This document shows, piece after piece, positions 12,701 to 27,916 of a stretch of 64,000 bases of DNA; the stretch's first letter is position 1, and each line of letters opens with the position of its first letter. Under the pieces are notes generated by a model. The model was not told the origin of the DNA and made no database searches. It worked only from the letters and a program-made list of their open reading frames with translations. Source of the DNA: Lama glama. Its lineage: Eukaryota. The stretch spans positions 77,440,001 to 77,504,000 of the forward strand of contig CM052817.1 of assembly GCA_028534125.1 (NCBI GenBank). The letters are read 5' to 3'. Position numbers and translations under genes: made by a program.

Positions 12701-15590
12701 CCATTTACAGTTCTGTTTTTTGGTGCATACAACATTTACGATTTCTACATCTTCTTGATGAATTGACACTTTAATCATTATACAATGTCTACTGTCTCTG
12801 ATAACTTTTTTGCTCTGAAGTTTACTTTAATATATTAACACATTCACTCCTGCTTTCCATTGAGTAACATTTGTTTGATATATATATTTTCATCCTGTTA
12901 CTTTCAACTTGCCTATATTGTTCAAGGTACTTATTTGAAGTGAGTTTCTTCTAGATAGCATATATTTCAGTCATGTTTTTAATCCAATCTGCTATTCCCT
13001 ATCCTTTAACTAGTATATTTAGAACATTTATATTTAATGTAATTATTGATGTAATAGAGTTTAAGTCTCTTTTTTTTTTCTTTTTGTTGTCTTTCATTTT
13101 TATTTGTTTTCTTTTTCCTAGTTTCCTGTGGGATTACTTATGTATTTTTTAGAATTCCATTTTTATTTATCTATAGTTTTTTGAGTATTTCTGCAATTTC
13201 TGTCATTGTTCTAAATATTACATTATATATGCTTAACTTATCAAAGTCTACTGATGTTATCATTTTATCAGTTCAAGTGAAGTATAGAAACCTTACTTAA
13301 CTTCATGTCCCTTTATCCTCCCTTTTTTATAATATAATTGTTTAACTACTTTCTACATACATTTATAATTATATCAGAGAGTTTTTATAATGTTTTTCTT
13401 CTGCTGTCAAACATAATTGAGAAAACTCAAGGGAGAAAGGAAGCTTATTCTATCTACCTACATTTTTTTCTTATTGTTATCTTTCTTTGTTCTTGATGTT
13501 CTAAGGGTCCTTATTTTATTGTTTACCTTCCATTTAAAGAACTTCATTTAGTTATTTGCTACGGTCTGAATGTTTGTGTCTTCTCAGAATTCATATATTG
13601 AAATCCTAATGCCCATGACAGTATTAGGAGATGGAGCCTTTGGGAGGTAATTAGATCAAGGGTGGGGTCCTCATGAATGATATGAATTCCCTTATAAAAG
13701 AAGCTCATATGTCCCTTTTAGAATGTGAGAACACAGTAAGAAGTCAGCAGTCTGCAATTCAGAAGAATGACTTCAACTGAACCAACTATGCTGGCACCCA
13801 GATCCCAGGCTTCCAGACTCCAGACAAATGAGAAATATATTTGCTGTTTATAAGCAACCAGTCTTTGGTATTTTGTTATAACAACATGAACCATTCTTTT
13901 AGGGTAGATCTCCAGGCAACAAATCTTCTATCTTTCCTTCATCTGAAGATATCTCTACTTTCCCTTTATATCTAAAGAATATTTTCACTGGGTATCAGAT
14001 TCTAGGTTGACATTTCTTTTCTTTCAGCATTTTTGTGCCACTTCCTTCTGGTCTTCATGGTTTCTGATGAGAAATCCACTGTCATTCTCATTTTTTTCTC
14101 CCTATAGGTAAGTTGTCATTTTTCTCTGGCTACTTTCAAGATTTTTCCTTTATATTTAGCTTTTAGAAGTTTATAATATCTCTTATTGTAGAGCTCTATA
14201 GCTTTACCTTTTATAGAATACTGTTAGCTTCTTGAATCCATAGGTTTATGTCTCTTGCCAAATTTGGGAAGATCTAGGCCATCATCTCTTTGAGTACTTT
14301 TCCAGGCCCACACTCCTTCTCCTCTCCTTCTGGGGTTTCAAAGACAAAAAATGCTATTTCTTTTGCTCTGGTCCCACTAATCCCTAAGACTTTGTTTATT
14401 ATTATTATTATTTTAGTCCATTTTTTCCTCTGTTGTTCTCATTGGGTAATGTCATTTTTCTTTCTCTCAGTTCATTGATTCCTTCCTTTCTCCCCTCCAT
14501 TCTGCTATTGACTCCATCCACTGAACATTTTATTTGGGGTATTTTATTTTTCATTTCTAAAGTTTCCATTTGGTTCTTTACAAGTTTTATTCCTCTGCCA
14601 TGACTTTCTATTTCCTTGCTAAAATTTTCTATTTTTTAAAAATTTGTTTCCAGAAACTTTGTAATTGCTCTTTGAAGCATTTTCATCATGGCTGCTTTAA
14701 AATCTTTGTCATATAATTTTAATATCTCACATTAGTATCTTTCTTTTTTCACTCAGTTTGAGATCTTCCTGATTCTTGGTATGACAAATGATTTTTTTTT
14801 ATTTGAGCCTGTACATTTTCATATTATGTTCTAAGACTCTTGCTCTTGTTAAAGCCCTCTGTTTTATGTATCCTAGTATGATGCTGCTTCAGCAGGAGGA
14901 GGAGAGTTCCACCTCTTCACTGCAAGGTGGAAGTAGATAGGAGTTCAGGTTCCCCACCTGATCCTCACTGAAACTTGAGGGGGCCCACTTAGTTACTGCT
15001 AGGAGTAGGTAGGAGTTCAGAATTCCTACCTGGTTTCCACCAGCATTGCAAGGACGGAGGGTTGTTACTATATGACAGGGATGAAAGTTCAGCTTCCTCC
15101 TTGGCCTCTCTGATACCACCCTTGTAGGGGCATTGGGGCACCTCATTATAGCCTTGCAAGGGCAAAATTCTGGGCTTCCCACCTGCACTTTGTTGATATG
15201 GGTGAAGCCAAAGTTTTTGCTGTGATAATTTGGCTGAAATAGAGTCACTATCGTCTTAAAGTTTTCTGTCTTTCTAGGCTGCTCTTTCCCTGGTCTCAGC
15301 TAGTGAAAACAATCTTATTGTAAGTTTTTGGTTCTATCCATTGATGTTTCTGGGTTGCTAGCATGTTCAGCTCCAAGTCTGGGATATATGGGGGTAAAAA
15401 ATCCCAGAGAACTCACCACCATGTTGTTCTTGGGTCCTGAGGTCCCAAGCTGGTCTGTCTTCTTCTCTGCAACTTTCAGAGTGTTTTTGTTTATTTTCTA
15501 CATAATTTCCAGGATTTTTAGTTTTACTTAATAGAGATACAGGGAAAAGTAGATTTATTCTATCTTCCCAGAAGCAGAAGTTTTATTATC
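9790..15590 (-). mobile_element. Large decayed ancient L1 (L1MC/L1MD class), antisense in MYOZ2 intron 2
   Basis: T-rich antisense L1 3'UTR (ttagagcagtt...aaaattgagcagaaag), ORF2 remnants (gtttaatttgcatc...gatgttgaacatcttttc; ggtagaattctcc...aaaccatctagg) and a GC-richer 5' portion at ~14.9-15.6 kb. No intact ORF. Confidence 0.88.
13557..13891 (+). mobile_element. MLT1A-like MaLR solo LTR inserted in the L1
   Basis: tgctacggtctgaatgtttgtgtc...attcatatattgaaatcctaa...gctgtttataagc.accagtct.tggtattttgttata. Confidence 0.85.
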
Positions 15591-16414
15591 ATTTTTATAA
15601 TTAGTAGAGCGTCTCTCCATGTAACATCAAAATGTAAAAACAAGTTGATTTCTTTTCCAAAGTAAAATGGGGAAAATATTTATAAATAATTTTATTGTTT
15701 TATCCCTAAACACCTCCAAAAGCCTAATTATTAGGGTTAACTTGTCACTTCATCAAAAAATGTTGTCCCAATCAACAGACTAATTATTTATTTTACAAAT
15801 GGCCCAATTTTTCTTCCTGTGCATTTCACAGCAGTCCATAGTGGTAAAAGAACTCTGTGGGTTACACAGAAAAATATTTCTGATTAAAAGAGCAAGTGGA
15901 GGAGTTTTATTTCTTTTGGATTTTAGAAAAGTCCTTCAGTACTAGATATAGAAAATAATAGTTGTTTACTGAACATCTCCTATATTTAAGGTATGGGGGC
16001 ACAAAACAACTAAAATGAAGAAAATGTAAACCATAAAATATGTAAAATGGAATCAAGTTACTGTGATTTAGTGCTTTGGAAATACAGAAAAGGCATGAAT
16101 AATTATGAATATCAGAGATTTCAGAGAAGGGATTGATGAAATAGAACTTAATCTGGAATGAGAAAAATTTGTTCATTCAATACTTACCACCTACCTACTT
16201 TATGTTAGGCCCCTTGGTGCCTGATGCAGAATGAATAGTATTCTGACAGAGACAGAGAAATGGGTGACACAGGCTGAATGGCAGGCATTTTTGTAATAGA
16301 GACAGCTCAAACTGATACATAAAAATGTGAGGGAGTCAAACAGAGCTTTTGAAGAGAACTATGAACAGTGCTGTCTGAAAACTCACTAAATAAGGAAAGA
16401 CTAAACTAAGTGTT

Positions 16415-16662
16415 ATTAGCTAACTTTCATTCACTCTTTCTATGTGCCAAATACAATACTAGGTGTTTGATATGAAACATTTTATTTAATCCTCATATTA
16501 ACCCTATGCAGTATTATTATTATTTGCCCCACTTTAGAGATAAGGAATTTGAGGTTTAGAAAAAATAAGCAACATGTCTATAATCATATAGTTAGAAAGT
16601 AACAGAGTCAGTATTCAACCCAAGGTAGCCTTGGTAAAGAGCCTATATCTTAGTCACCATAC
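16415..16662 (-). mobile_element. MIR SINE
   Basis: ctatgtgcca...atttaatcctca...cccactttagagataaggaa.ttgaggtttaga core. Confidence 0.8.
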
Positions 16663-16708
16663 TAGCATATAGCAGGCAATAAATAATGGAATTTAACAGA
16701 GCATTTAA

Positions 16709-16936
<228 letters not shown>

Positions 16937-18464
16937 TGATCATATGGTATCTAAATAAATGGGCAGCATTTCTAAATTTAAATGTATTACTAGGTTCCTA
17001 AATAAGTCTACACATTTTCTTTCCATTGATCCTGCTAGACTTTTTTTTTCATGAAAGTAATAAATAGGTGGATAAACAAAAGAAATATTATGCATGATAT
17101 GAGTATCTTTTTAGTTCAATAGAGACATTTTACTGAACAACTGGTCTGTTCTGCTAAGAGGAGGGAGAGGGAGTGAAGATTTGTGGTACTAAAAGTTTCC
17201 ATGGCCTTATCACCACTAGTTAAATGTTTGGGATGGAAACACTTCCAAAGCACACAGTGCTCCATAAAGTAAGTATAAGCATTTTATTGGCTGTTATTCT
17301 GGCACTGAAATGTGCCTGGGAACTACAGACACAGTTGGTCTCCTCTCAAAGCATTAATTCCATATTTGTGTAGGGAAGTCTGGTACGTATTAACAACAAA
17401 ACCAATGTGAAGAAAACTCTTTGGACAAAAGTTTTCCTCAACCAAAAGTTTAAAAACAAATTAATTAATTAAATTACAGTTTACATATTGCATTAATACT
17501 ATGTTCTTTTAAACTATCATTTAGAGAGATTTTAGAGGAAGAAGTTCATAGCAGAAAAACAACCAGCTCTGGGAAAATGGCCTTAAAAATAAAATACCAG
17601 CCATAAAGAATCAAAAAGGAATAGTGCATTGGTTTTAAATTTGAAGAGATGGTGAAGACTACAACAAATACAAGTTTTATATCCTGAGGGTTACTTCCTA
17701 TAGCTATGAAAAGTCTGTAAGTTTACGTATGAATTTAAACCTGAAATGTAGCCAGCTGCCATCATTAGAACATTGTTTTGAATGCACAGCTAAATACTTT
17801 ACAGCAAACAGACTAGTTTCACTGATCTTTTATCATATTACTAAAACATATTACAGAAGTAACATCCATACCCACAAACACTAAAATGTTATTCATTCCT
17901 GAAATTTCTATTTCCCTTGTTTTGATTCTGGTTAACAGTAAACGGTTGGAGGACATCTTAAATTAAACAGGTTTCTTTTTCACATTGCTGAGCACCCTTC
18001 AACATCCACAGATTGAATGTGGTTATAATTATGAATTCAGTTAGACATCAAGTTTTACTCAACTACAGTATATACATTTATGATTTTCACTTGCAGTCAT
18101 GGATAAATACAATGTTATGTTATCCTATAATTATGCTTAGTATCCTCTTATCAGAAAATGTCCACAGTTAATACAGTATGAGCCTGAAATAATCCTTACT
18201 TCATCTGAAAGAGTCTAACAATATAATCATATTCCATCAATAATAACAACAGAGAAGCAGCTTTAAGGAATAGCATAAAATAAGGTGGCTTAATGAAAAT
18301 TCTTTGAAAAGTTACCTACAAGTTTAGGCATCTAAATACATGAATAAATCCAGTTTTCATAACTTATATTTATATATATTAATTTAACGAAAGCAATGGC
18401 AAAATAAAGTAGACTGAAACTCAGCTCTCAAAATTCCAGAGTTCTTGGCACTGACACTTGTCAT

Positions 18465-18670
18465 GGTGTAATTAAAGGAAACTCTGGCCTAGGAACCAGA
18501 AGACCAGTGTTCAGTCCTGGCTCTCCAACAAGCTGTGCAAATTGGAGTCAATTTAAAAGTTTTTTTGCCCTTCTGAACCTGTTTTCTCATTTATGAAATA
18601 AGAGGTTGACTCAAATGTTTTCCAGTTTCTCAAATGCGACTTATAACTTTAAAGATCTATGTTCTCTGAT
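18465..18670 (+). mobile_element. MIR/MIR3 SINE
   Basis: gaagacc.gtgttcagtcctggctct...cttctgaacctgttttctcatttatgaaat. Confidence 0.65.
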
Positions 18671-21600
18671 CTTAATTCTAAAAATGACCTGTAAAATAAA
18701 GTAGGAGGAAGACAGTGAGCTACATCATATGATGACACCATTTGTTTTATCAAGGCATTAAACTGTAACTTGGAGCAAGCATTGTTAATATGATAGGAAT
18801 TTAAAAAATAATATTAGGTTCAGGTTTATTTCCATTCATTTATTTATACTTTAGGCAAATATTTATTAAATACCTACTATGTTCTAGAAAATATGCTGGG
18901 ACTTCAAAGATAGATACAGCCTTTGTCTAGTGATGGAGAGACAAAATAATACTGAAAGATAAAAAACTATTTGCTTATAATCTAGTTCTTGAATCATATT
19001 TATATGATTTATATCAAATTAATTTATTGACCTCATTTTCTGAAATGAGCTTTTACTTTGACTGCTTCCCTTGAGCTATAGATACTGTCAAAATAATTAT
19101 TTAGTGTATATTTATGCATTTCTTATTTTATTATAATGTTAGGACCTCATTAGATGAAAATATAAACCAACTCCCTGGTAATCAATGCCATTTGTTTAAA
19201 TATTAAGAATCATTTAAAAAAATAAGCACAGCTTTGAGCTTAATCTATTGCTGAGAAACAGGCAAATTCAGGCCACACAAACCTTGCTATGACTTAAAAA
19301 ATATAGGAAATATGCTTGTTATACATTCCACTTTTGAAGCCCTAATTCATGAACTGATCAGCTTCATACATGAATAGGAAAAAAAAGAGGCGGAGTAATG
19401 AAGGAAATAAACATATGAGGGAAAACAAAATAGAAGATTGATTCATCATAATTAAACTCTCTTCTATAAATCATTACAAAAGGATACTAATCAAAGCAAT
19501 CCACATTTTATAGTTAAGACTACTTATGTTTTTAGTAATTAGGGACTTTTTGAAATCCTTAGAAATCTTAAATAATACTGGGAAAGGGGGAGGTATACTA
19601 TAAAAAGTAGTTGTGAATTAAGACCAAACTAAATATACTGAGATTCTGAATATCTATTTTGTTAAAAAAAAAAATTCTACTTTATATTTGGCACAAAATA
19701 TAGAACACTTCTTTTCTAAACCCTTTTATTTCTATTGATATTGCAACAAAAATTATGAAATGTATATAAACACATGCTTATAACTTACATGTTTGTAATC
19801 TATAAGATAGTGCTCTAGTTTTATTTTATTTATGGTTAATTTAACTGAAATAGAAAGAAATAATTTCACTTGTCTTTCCAACTTTTCCAGAAGGGAATTA
19901 CACATGAGGGAACTCTATAATTTAAGGCTCATGTCATAACTAAAATAAGTAACTAACCAACTATTATAAGGTTCTGTTTGTATACTTAACAATGACAAAA
20001 GAGGTACTGGGTGTCTCCTGATAATTAATGACTAGTTGGAAAGAGTTGATTTTCCTGTTCATCATTAATCCCCGGGTAAAATACTATAAAGGAGGTCAAT
20101 ATTACAATTCTTAAATTAATGTAGGTAGAGTGATTTGTAAGTTTAGGTGAAATTCATTTCATGGATACATTTCAGTAACTCAGAATAAGTAATTCTTTAT
20201 GCATGATACAGTTAAACTTTCTATATTTATCTCAACTGTCTTTTATTTATAATTAATGTCAGCAAAAACGTTTCTCTTTTCTAAGAGAAGATGGTGTAGG
20301 TTCAAAAGTGAAAAAAGATACTAATCTAGTCAATTAAATTGAACACTTAAAATAATAGCTAAACTCAAAACACTGAATACCAGACAGATGTATCTGAGTA
20401 CAGCATTACTCATCTTTAGAAACTGTTTCTTATGTCTATTGAATAAACTGCAAACGCTTATGCCCAGTAATCAATACCTTGTACTTATCTAGTAAATGTT
20501 ACCTCTCATGCCTTCCTGCATCTTTGAACAAGCCGGTTTACTACTGCTAACACAGATTGCCCTACTCATCTTCACAGCAGCTTTACCAGGGTGCTGACTA
20601 GAGTAAGGTGAATAGGAAAGCCCCCTGGAGAGTGGCTGTGGGTAGCTGAAGCCTGAAAATGGGATAAACTTTATTTTCTTCTTAATTTTAGGTGAGGTCT
20701 TAATTTATGGTCTTTAATTATGGTAAGCATTTGGATTTTAGGACAAAATAGTCTTTTATCCTCACATTTCTATAAAGTTAAATAAGTATTAAATTATAAA
20801 ACTTTACTTCACCTAATCATCTTATAAATAAATAAAAAATGAAAAATGTTTTAAATATTTTCTGCTTATGTCACAGAATAAAAGTCAAAATTGGTCTTTA
20901 TTTGCTATGATCGTCAATTAATTTCTTTCTGAAGTTAAAAGATGATTTGACCTTACATATTTCTTAAATAGATTGGCTTCTTTTTAAAATATATACATAT
21001 TTCCCATATATAACTAAAATAATATCTTATTATAGAGATAAGCCCTAGCCATACTTCCGAGGCTATAACCTATTACAATGTCTCTTTTTCTCCAGTAAAA
21101 TGCAAATTGACTGTTTTCAAAGTGCTAAACTGCCATAGAGTATATCCTAAATTGTAATAGTAAAACAAATTAACCTAAAACATTAACGACAAATGCTCTT
21201 TTAAGCTTTTTATTTTCTAGAAATCCCAAATTCTTCCTTCTAGAAGTCCATGCAGCTTAAAGTACAATTTTTTTCTTTTGGTTATACATGACTGCTATAT
21301 GAGTTTCAGATTAAATTTTGAAACAAAACATACTAAAGAATATAATTAAATTTCAACTATAAATAAAGTAGTAATGTAACAATGACTAAGCCAAATGTTT
21401 GGCGAGTATGCTGTATAATAATAAATTAACAAAGGCTTAAAAATGAAATAGATTTACTTTATGGGGATGTCGTGAACAGTAAATTAAATAATTGATACAA
21501 AGCCCTGGACATAGTGCCTGGCACACAACTAGGCTCAATTAATTATTATTTAGTGGATTGTCATCATGAAAGTGATCTTAGATTGATAACAGTAAAATTT

Positions 21601-21783
21601 CTGACTCAATAGCTCAACCAGTTACCACATAAATTATTGAAACCCCATGAAGTAATGAAGTGGCATTGTATTTAAATTCTAAATTCTAAGTATATAAATG
21701 TAGCATTGTACAAAGGATATCTCCTATTGTTGTATCTGATATTTTTTGAGTTTTCAGCTGAGTTTACTTTTGGTCAAATACAG

Positions 21784-21913
21784 TACAACATTGCTATGCA
21801 GAATGAGAAAATGGATGGAAGCAACCTGGAAAGTGGTTCACAGCAAGCCCCATTTACTCCTCCCAACACCCCGGATCCACGAAGTCCACCAAATCCTGAA
21901 AATATTGCACCAG
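21784..21913 (+). CDS. MYOZ2: Myozenin-2 coding exon 4
   Basis: Acceptor aaatacag|TAC. Encodes [43 protein letters not shown]+G. Donor GTAAGT at 21914, 130 nt. Confidence 0.96.
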
Positions 21914-23039
21914 GTAAGTAATCCTCTCACAGACAGAACAATAAGGTGCTGTGCACTTGAATATATGACTCAAGTTATTTAGATCCTTTAGCAAATGGTA
22001 TCTAAATAATACAGCTTTTCTTATTATGTATCTATTTTGTAGATATAGATACATTTTCAAGATAAACGTAAAGATTTAGCCCTAGAAGAGTCATGTAAAA
22101 CATTTATAGTAGTCTTATGTTCTTTCAGATGGTCCATTGTAGTTATTGGCAATCACCTACTATATTAAAATTAAGTTGTTTGCAATTATATTGTAATCCT
22201 ATTTGTATAGAACTATACAATTTATCAAGTGATATATATGTCTTCTTTAATTTAATAATTATTATATACTTATGATAATACTCATTTTACAAATTAAGAA
22301 CCTGACATTATGAATAGCTATAAGCCAATACTGACTGATCAAGAATTAAATCCAGGTCTGGTACCAAATTTACAGATGCCTTATGTGAAGTGACCTTGTG
22401 GAGATTGCTTTTGTATTTTCTGCTTCCTTAGAGGACTTTAATCCTTAAGACAGTATATTTGTTTATTATCTTAAAAGAGAAGCAAATCCTTATCAAAGTC
22501 AGTTAATGTTATTCAGAAATATTGTTCGATTTTGAAATATTAAATCAGAAAAATTATCTGATCTATTTAGATAATACCTTTTCAAAATAACTCAAAGCAA
22601 ACTATCTTTAAGTTTTTCCTCAAGTAATGTATAAAGTAGATTTATAAAATTTTCAAAAACTTATATAGTGAAATTAGCAACACCTGTCATATTTTTGTAA
22701 GTTAAATAGTAAATTTAGTGGAAGTAATTCTAGAATTCTCAGATAACAATAGGGTTTTTGAAAATATAAAAGTAAAGCAATTGTATAATATGAAATCTTA
22801 TTTAAAAAGTAAGTCGAATATTAGTCAATGATGAGCCTGGATTTATTAGGACATTCTTACTGAACACAATGAGAAAAAAGTATCAATGGACATAATAAAA
22901 TAACATTAATGGAAACCAAATGCACAATTAGAATGCATAGAATTCTGAAGTGAAGTTGTAATAAGGTTCTCAAATAGCTTTCCAACAGCTTTTCTACAGC
23001 AGAAAAGCAGGCAACAGATTCTACACATACAACATTAAA

Positions 23040-23280
23040 CACATGGTGGGGAGAAACAAGCTTTAGAATCAGACAGATGTTGGTTCAACCTACTGGATCC
23101 TTCCATCCCTGCCCATTTTACTACTGTGTTGGGAAATAAAATAAATCTCTTTGAGTCTCAGTTTCCTCAGTCTGTAAAATAAGAAAAATAAATCACACTG
23201 AACAGGGTCATAGTGAGAATAAAATATGATAATGCAAGTTTCATCTGTAACATATAATAAAGTATTCAGTTAAAATTTAT
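23040..23280 (+). mobile_element. MIR SINE
   Basis: gctttagaatcagacaga...tctctttgagtctcagtttcctcagtctgtaaaat core. Confidence 0.8.
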
Positions 23281-24539
23281 TCTTTTCCTATCCACTTTTA
23301 TATCCTTAACACATAATAGACTATATATATTCTTTTAGCGCCAACCACTGTACTGCAACCTCTTGCTTTCTAATGTTTGGAATGTTAGGGGTTTTTTTTA
23401 ATAGGAAAGAGAAGACATATAGAAAAGTTTATGTTGATTCAATCCAGTACTCTCATCACTAAGTTAAAATTTTTATTATATAATCATTATTATAAACTAT
23501 GAAATTGCAAAAGGAATAGAAAAATTCATCTCTATCCTCAAGGAATTCATACATAGGGAGACAGGATGAATGTCCACACTATATTTGTAGTCTCATTTCC
23601 TCTCTGCATACATAATTCAATATCATATTATGCATTTTATTTACTGTCAATAATCTAATAATAAAATAAAGAAAATAATAAAAATATATCTATCTGTGTG
23701 TATATATGTATATATAAAGAGAAATTTTAAAAGTATAAATTCATATAGTTATTTAAAGCTAAATATTAAATTATTGAATATTAGGACATACCTATGTAAT
23801 ACAGACTAAGAAAAGGGAAATTTGTAGGTTATCACATAGTTTGTCAAGAAGCAACAGTAATGGATCCTTCCTTCTTGGTTGATGAGTTGAAAAGTACAAC
23901 AAATTCAGGAAGCAAACTATAACTTATTCTAATTCAACAAAAAATGTTATTGACTGATCTACTGTGTATCCACAAGACAACTTAAATTCTTTGAATGTAA
24001 ATTTTATATTAAAGACATACTTAAAAGTCAAGCAAAAATGTTGACATGTCAAATTACTGAATTGTAATAATTCTGAGAGGTTAAACATATGCACATTCTT
24101 TCCTGTAAATAACCCAGCATATCAAAATAGAAAAAGTTATTAGTTAATTATATTAAAAATTGGAAAACCCAGAATACTAGAAAAATGTGAAAAGATTAGA
24201 CCAATTATGGTTCCTCCAGTCGACAGATGATTATAAAACCCTTAAAATGGTCATGAACATGATGCAGAAACTTTAAAAAATATTTCAAACAAAACTGATT
24301 AGCAATAAAATACAAAGTTCCTTGTGCATTAGAATTATAGTTATGTGATCATTATGTTTATGGATGAAGAGAAACTGGGGAGAAAATATATAAAATTTAT
24401 CTTTGGGTGGTGGGATATCAAGAAAATTTTTAAAATGCAATATTTTTAAATTTCTAATTTTTATACGGCTGACCTCTGATCAATTTTATAAAAGGGACAG
24501 AAAATAAAATATGATAGTTATGATAATGGAGTTATGTAT

Positions 24540-26300
24540 GCTATACAAAGGAAAGACACAGGAAAAGGTTAATTCTAGTTTCCTAGGAAAGCCAGGAATG
24601 GATACATAGAAGAGATAACCTCAAGCTAAGACTTCAAATAGGAAGTTGAAGTCAACAAGAGTTAGAGAGAGCATTCCAGGTACAGTGAACAAATAGAAGA
24701 AGTAAGGAGCCATAAAGAGGCACAAGAAGCTTCAAGTAGATCCACGGCTCTGGAACATAAAATGTGAGAGGTGAAGGTAGGAGATGAGACTGGGCAGTTG
24801 GGTAGGGCCGTTTGTGTCACGTTGAGTAGTTTTGATTTTTGTCCCGAGGAGCCATTTACAGCACCAGCCCAGAGTAAGGGAAGTGAGTCACCTGATCAAG
24901 TTTTCCAGTTAAAAAGGTCACTCAGGCAATGTGGAGGGTGTCTGGAAGAAGGGTTGAGAACTAAAGGATTTGTGTGAAGGCTATTGTGAAAGCCCAGACA
25001 AGAAGTGCGCAGGGCCTGAACCACACAAGTAATAATGGGAATGAAGAAGAAGGAATTTGCTAGAGCAACGGTTCCCAACGTTCTGTTTGTAAATCATGTG
25101 CATAACATTTGTAAGCCATACCTGAGACTTACTGTCTCTGGAGGGAAGAACCCATTACCAACATTTTAAGTAGGTGCCCAAGGTGATTCAGAAACACAAA
25201 GTTGAGAGCCCCTTTTTTAAAAATCCTTAAGTATAGTTGGTAATATTTAATGATTTTTTGTGGAAATGAGGGATTATTTAGGACAATGCTTCTGTTGTGG
25301 ACATCTGAGAATAGTGATAGCATTTGCTAAGATGACCAGTATAGAAAAAGAAGCAGGATATATTAGAAAATGGCTGTATGTAGACCTAGACAGGTTATAA
25401 AGGGTGCCCGGGGAACATTCATTTGGAAAAATATAATAGGTGGTTGAATACAAGGGCTTGAAGATCAAAAACAAACCCTAGAATCATCAATATCTAGGTT
25501 ACAATTAAAGCCATGAACATAAATGGAATTTTCTAGGCAGACTGTATACTGTAAGAAAAGAGCTTTGAGGAACACCAACATTGAAGTGGCAAGCAAGAAG
25601 CCATCTACCAGAGACTATGATTTGACTCTGAAGAGAAACAGAAGAAAATTATATTGCTGCAAACAAATAACAGCTTATTGGTGGAGTTATAAAGTCTTTA
25701 GAAAAGATAAACAAATTTTTAGTGTAAAAAAAGGATAGCCATAGTTTGACAGAAGAAAATAGGAAACATTTTAGAGAGGGAAAAGAGCATCAGGGAAACC
25801 TAAAAGTAGAAATGGTCACTTGGGAAAGGGTTTTGCCATTTGTGCAAGAGAGAATTATATGAGGGCCATAACTAGGTGGTATGGTAATATAGCTGGAGAG
25901 TAAATAGCTGTGCCTTTGAAGCCTTGAAGAATGTGAAAACAGTTTCACATTTATGCCAGGGATTTGTGTGATTGACACTTACAGAAAATTTCTAGCTCAT
26001 GTGAGAAGAATACATTGAGGTGAGACTGCAAGCAGAAAAGTTTGGTAAGAAATCCTCTGGAAAAAGTAAACAAGGGATGGACACATCAGGGAATAAGAAG
26101 ATCAGGGCCCAACTAAAGCAGTGGAAACAAGTTACTTCATCATTTTGAAGACTGGACCTCTCAGCAATTTAAGATAAAGAACATTTTCTCTAAAGAATCA
26201 GCTCCCAAAGGAAGGAGATTTTGTCTTCACTGCTGTTTCCCCAGAGCCTAGACCACAGTAGGCAATATACATTTCTAAATTAATTCATTAATTGTGGTAT
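24540..26300. mobile_element. LINE-2 fragments, interrupted by a MER5-type element
   Basis: agagcattccaggtacagtgaac, ggagccattt...gaagtgagt, aggctattg...ccagacaaga motifs. Confidence 0.65.
25064..25212. mobile_element. MER5-type hAT-Charlie element
   Basis: caacggttccca...ccaaggtgattc...caaagttgagagcc termini. Confidence 0.55.
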
Positions 26301-26559
26301 CTAAAACCAGAATAAATTAATGTAAGTGGTATAGTTTTTAAAAATCAAGTAAACAGTTTCAGTGAACAAATATATGCTAAGATAATCAAGGAAGAAACTA
26401 ATTGTATGATTTGGTAAAATTCTTTTGGAAATTTCATAAGTTTAAAGGGGTTTTTAAAATGTCTAACACTTTCAGACTACTCTTTTCTGAGATCATAAAA
26501 AGAATGCATTCTCCATAAATTACCCCTGCATGAAAAATTAAGACATGGTAAAATGTTAG

Positions 26560-26808
<249 letters not shown>

Positions 26809-27165
26809 TAATTCAATTATCCTGAGTGACACTGTTGGCATGTAATACCAAGGTTTTTATATCATAGTACAGAGAACTGAATTCTCTGGTAGAAAATTTT
26901 TTTTCTTTTAAGAAAAGACCTTAAATAGTAATATATGGTATCTCCTTAGCATAGCCAAAGACTCGTTTTTACAATACTAATGTCAAGCCTTGGTCCTTTT
27001 TGGTATAAAGATGAAGGCTATGATTCAGAAACTATCACCATTATAATATCAAGATTACCCCCACATTTTAAAATGTTATTTTGATAATAATTTCTAATCC
27101 AAAGATTGATATTAGTTATGTGTTCTTTCAAATGACAATGTTGTTCAGGAATCTCAGAAATTATT

Positions 27166-27665
27166 NNNNNNNNNNNNNNNNNNNNNNNNNNNNNNNNNNN
27201 NNNNNNNNNNNNNNNNNNNNNNNNNNNNNNNNNNNNNNNNNNNNNNNNNNNNNNNNNNNNNNNNNNNNNNNNNNNNNNNNNNNNNNNNNNNNNNNNNNNN
27301 NNNNNNNNNNNNNNNNNNNNNNNNNNNNNNNNNNNNNNNNNNNNNNNNNNNNNNNNNNNNNNNNNNNNNNNNNNNNNNNNNNNNNNNNNNNNNNNNNNNN
27401 NNNNNNNNNNNNNNNNNNNNNNNNNNNNNNNNNNNNNNNNNNNNNNNNNNNNNNNNNNNNNNNNNNNNNNNNNNNNNNNNNNNNNNNNNNNNNNNNNNNN
27501 NNNNNNNNNNNNNNNNNNNNNNNNNNNNNNNNNNNNNNNNNNNNNNNNNNNNNNNNNNNNNNNNNNNNNNNNNNNNNNNNNNNNNNNNNNNNNNNNNNNN
27601 NNNNNNNNNNNNNNNNNNNNNNNNNNNNNNNNNNNNNNNNNNNNNNNNNNNNNNNNNNNNNNNNN
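27166..27665. other. Assembly gap (exactly 500 N) in MYOZ2 intron 5
   Basis: Run of N bases. Confidence 1.
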
Positions 27666-27842
27666 CACTTGCTGAGCAGCTTGCTTCCAGTTCTACAGAC
27701 ACACTGGTGTATCTGGGTTGCTTATAAAGAGATGCCTATTGATTGTATAAAGACCAAGCGCTATAAAAACGAACACAATACTATATAGTCAGGAAATATA
27801 GCTCCCTGTGTTAAATCAAGACTTTTGTAAATGTAACATATA

Positions 27843-27854
27843 GTGTGTGTGCCT

Positions 27855-27914
<60 letters not shown>
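27843..27914. repeat. Compound (TG)n(AG)n microsatellite
   Basis: Directly visible. Confidence 0.98.

Positions 27915-27916
<2 letters not shown>

Noticed and set aside
21706..21783. Hydrophobic N-terminal extensions of the ORFs over exon 4 (also 26560-26623 over exon 5)
   Set aside because: Intronic T-rich acceptor sequence read in frame. The upstream ttttcag at 21757 would shift the frame by 26 nt.
27018..27788. The three longest ORFs in the track (182-235 aa)
   Set aside because: Artefacts of translating through the 500-N gap.
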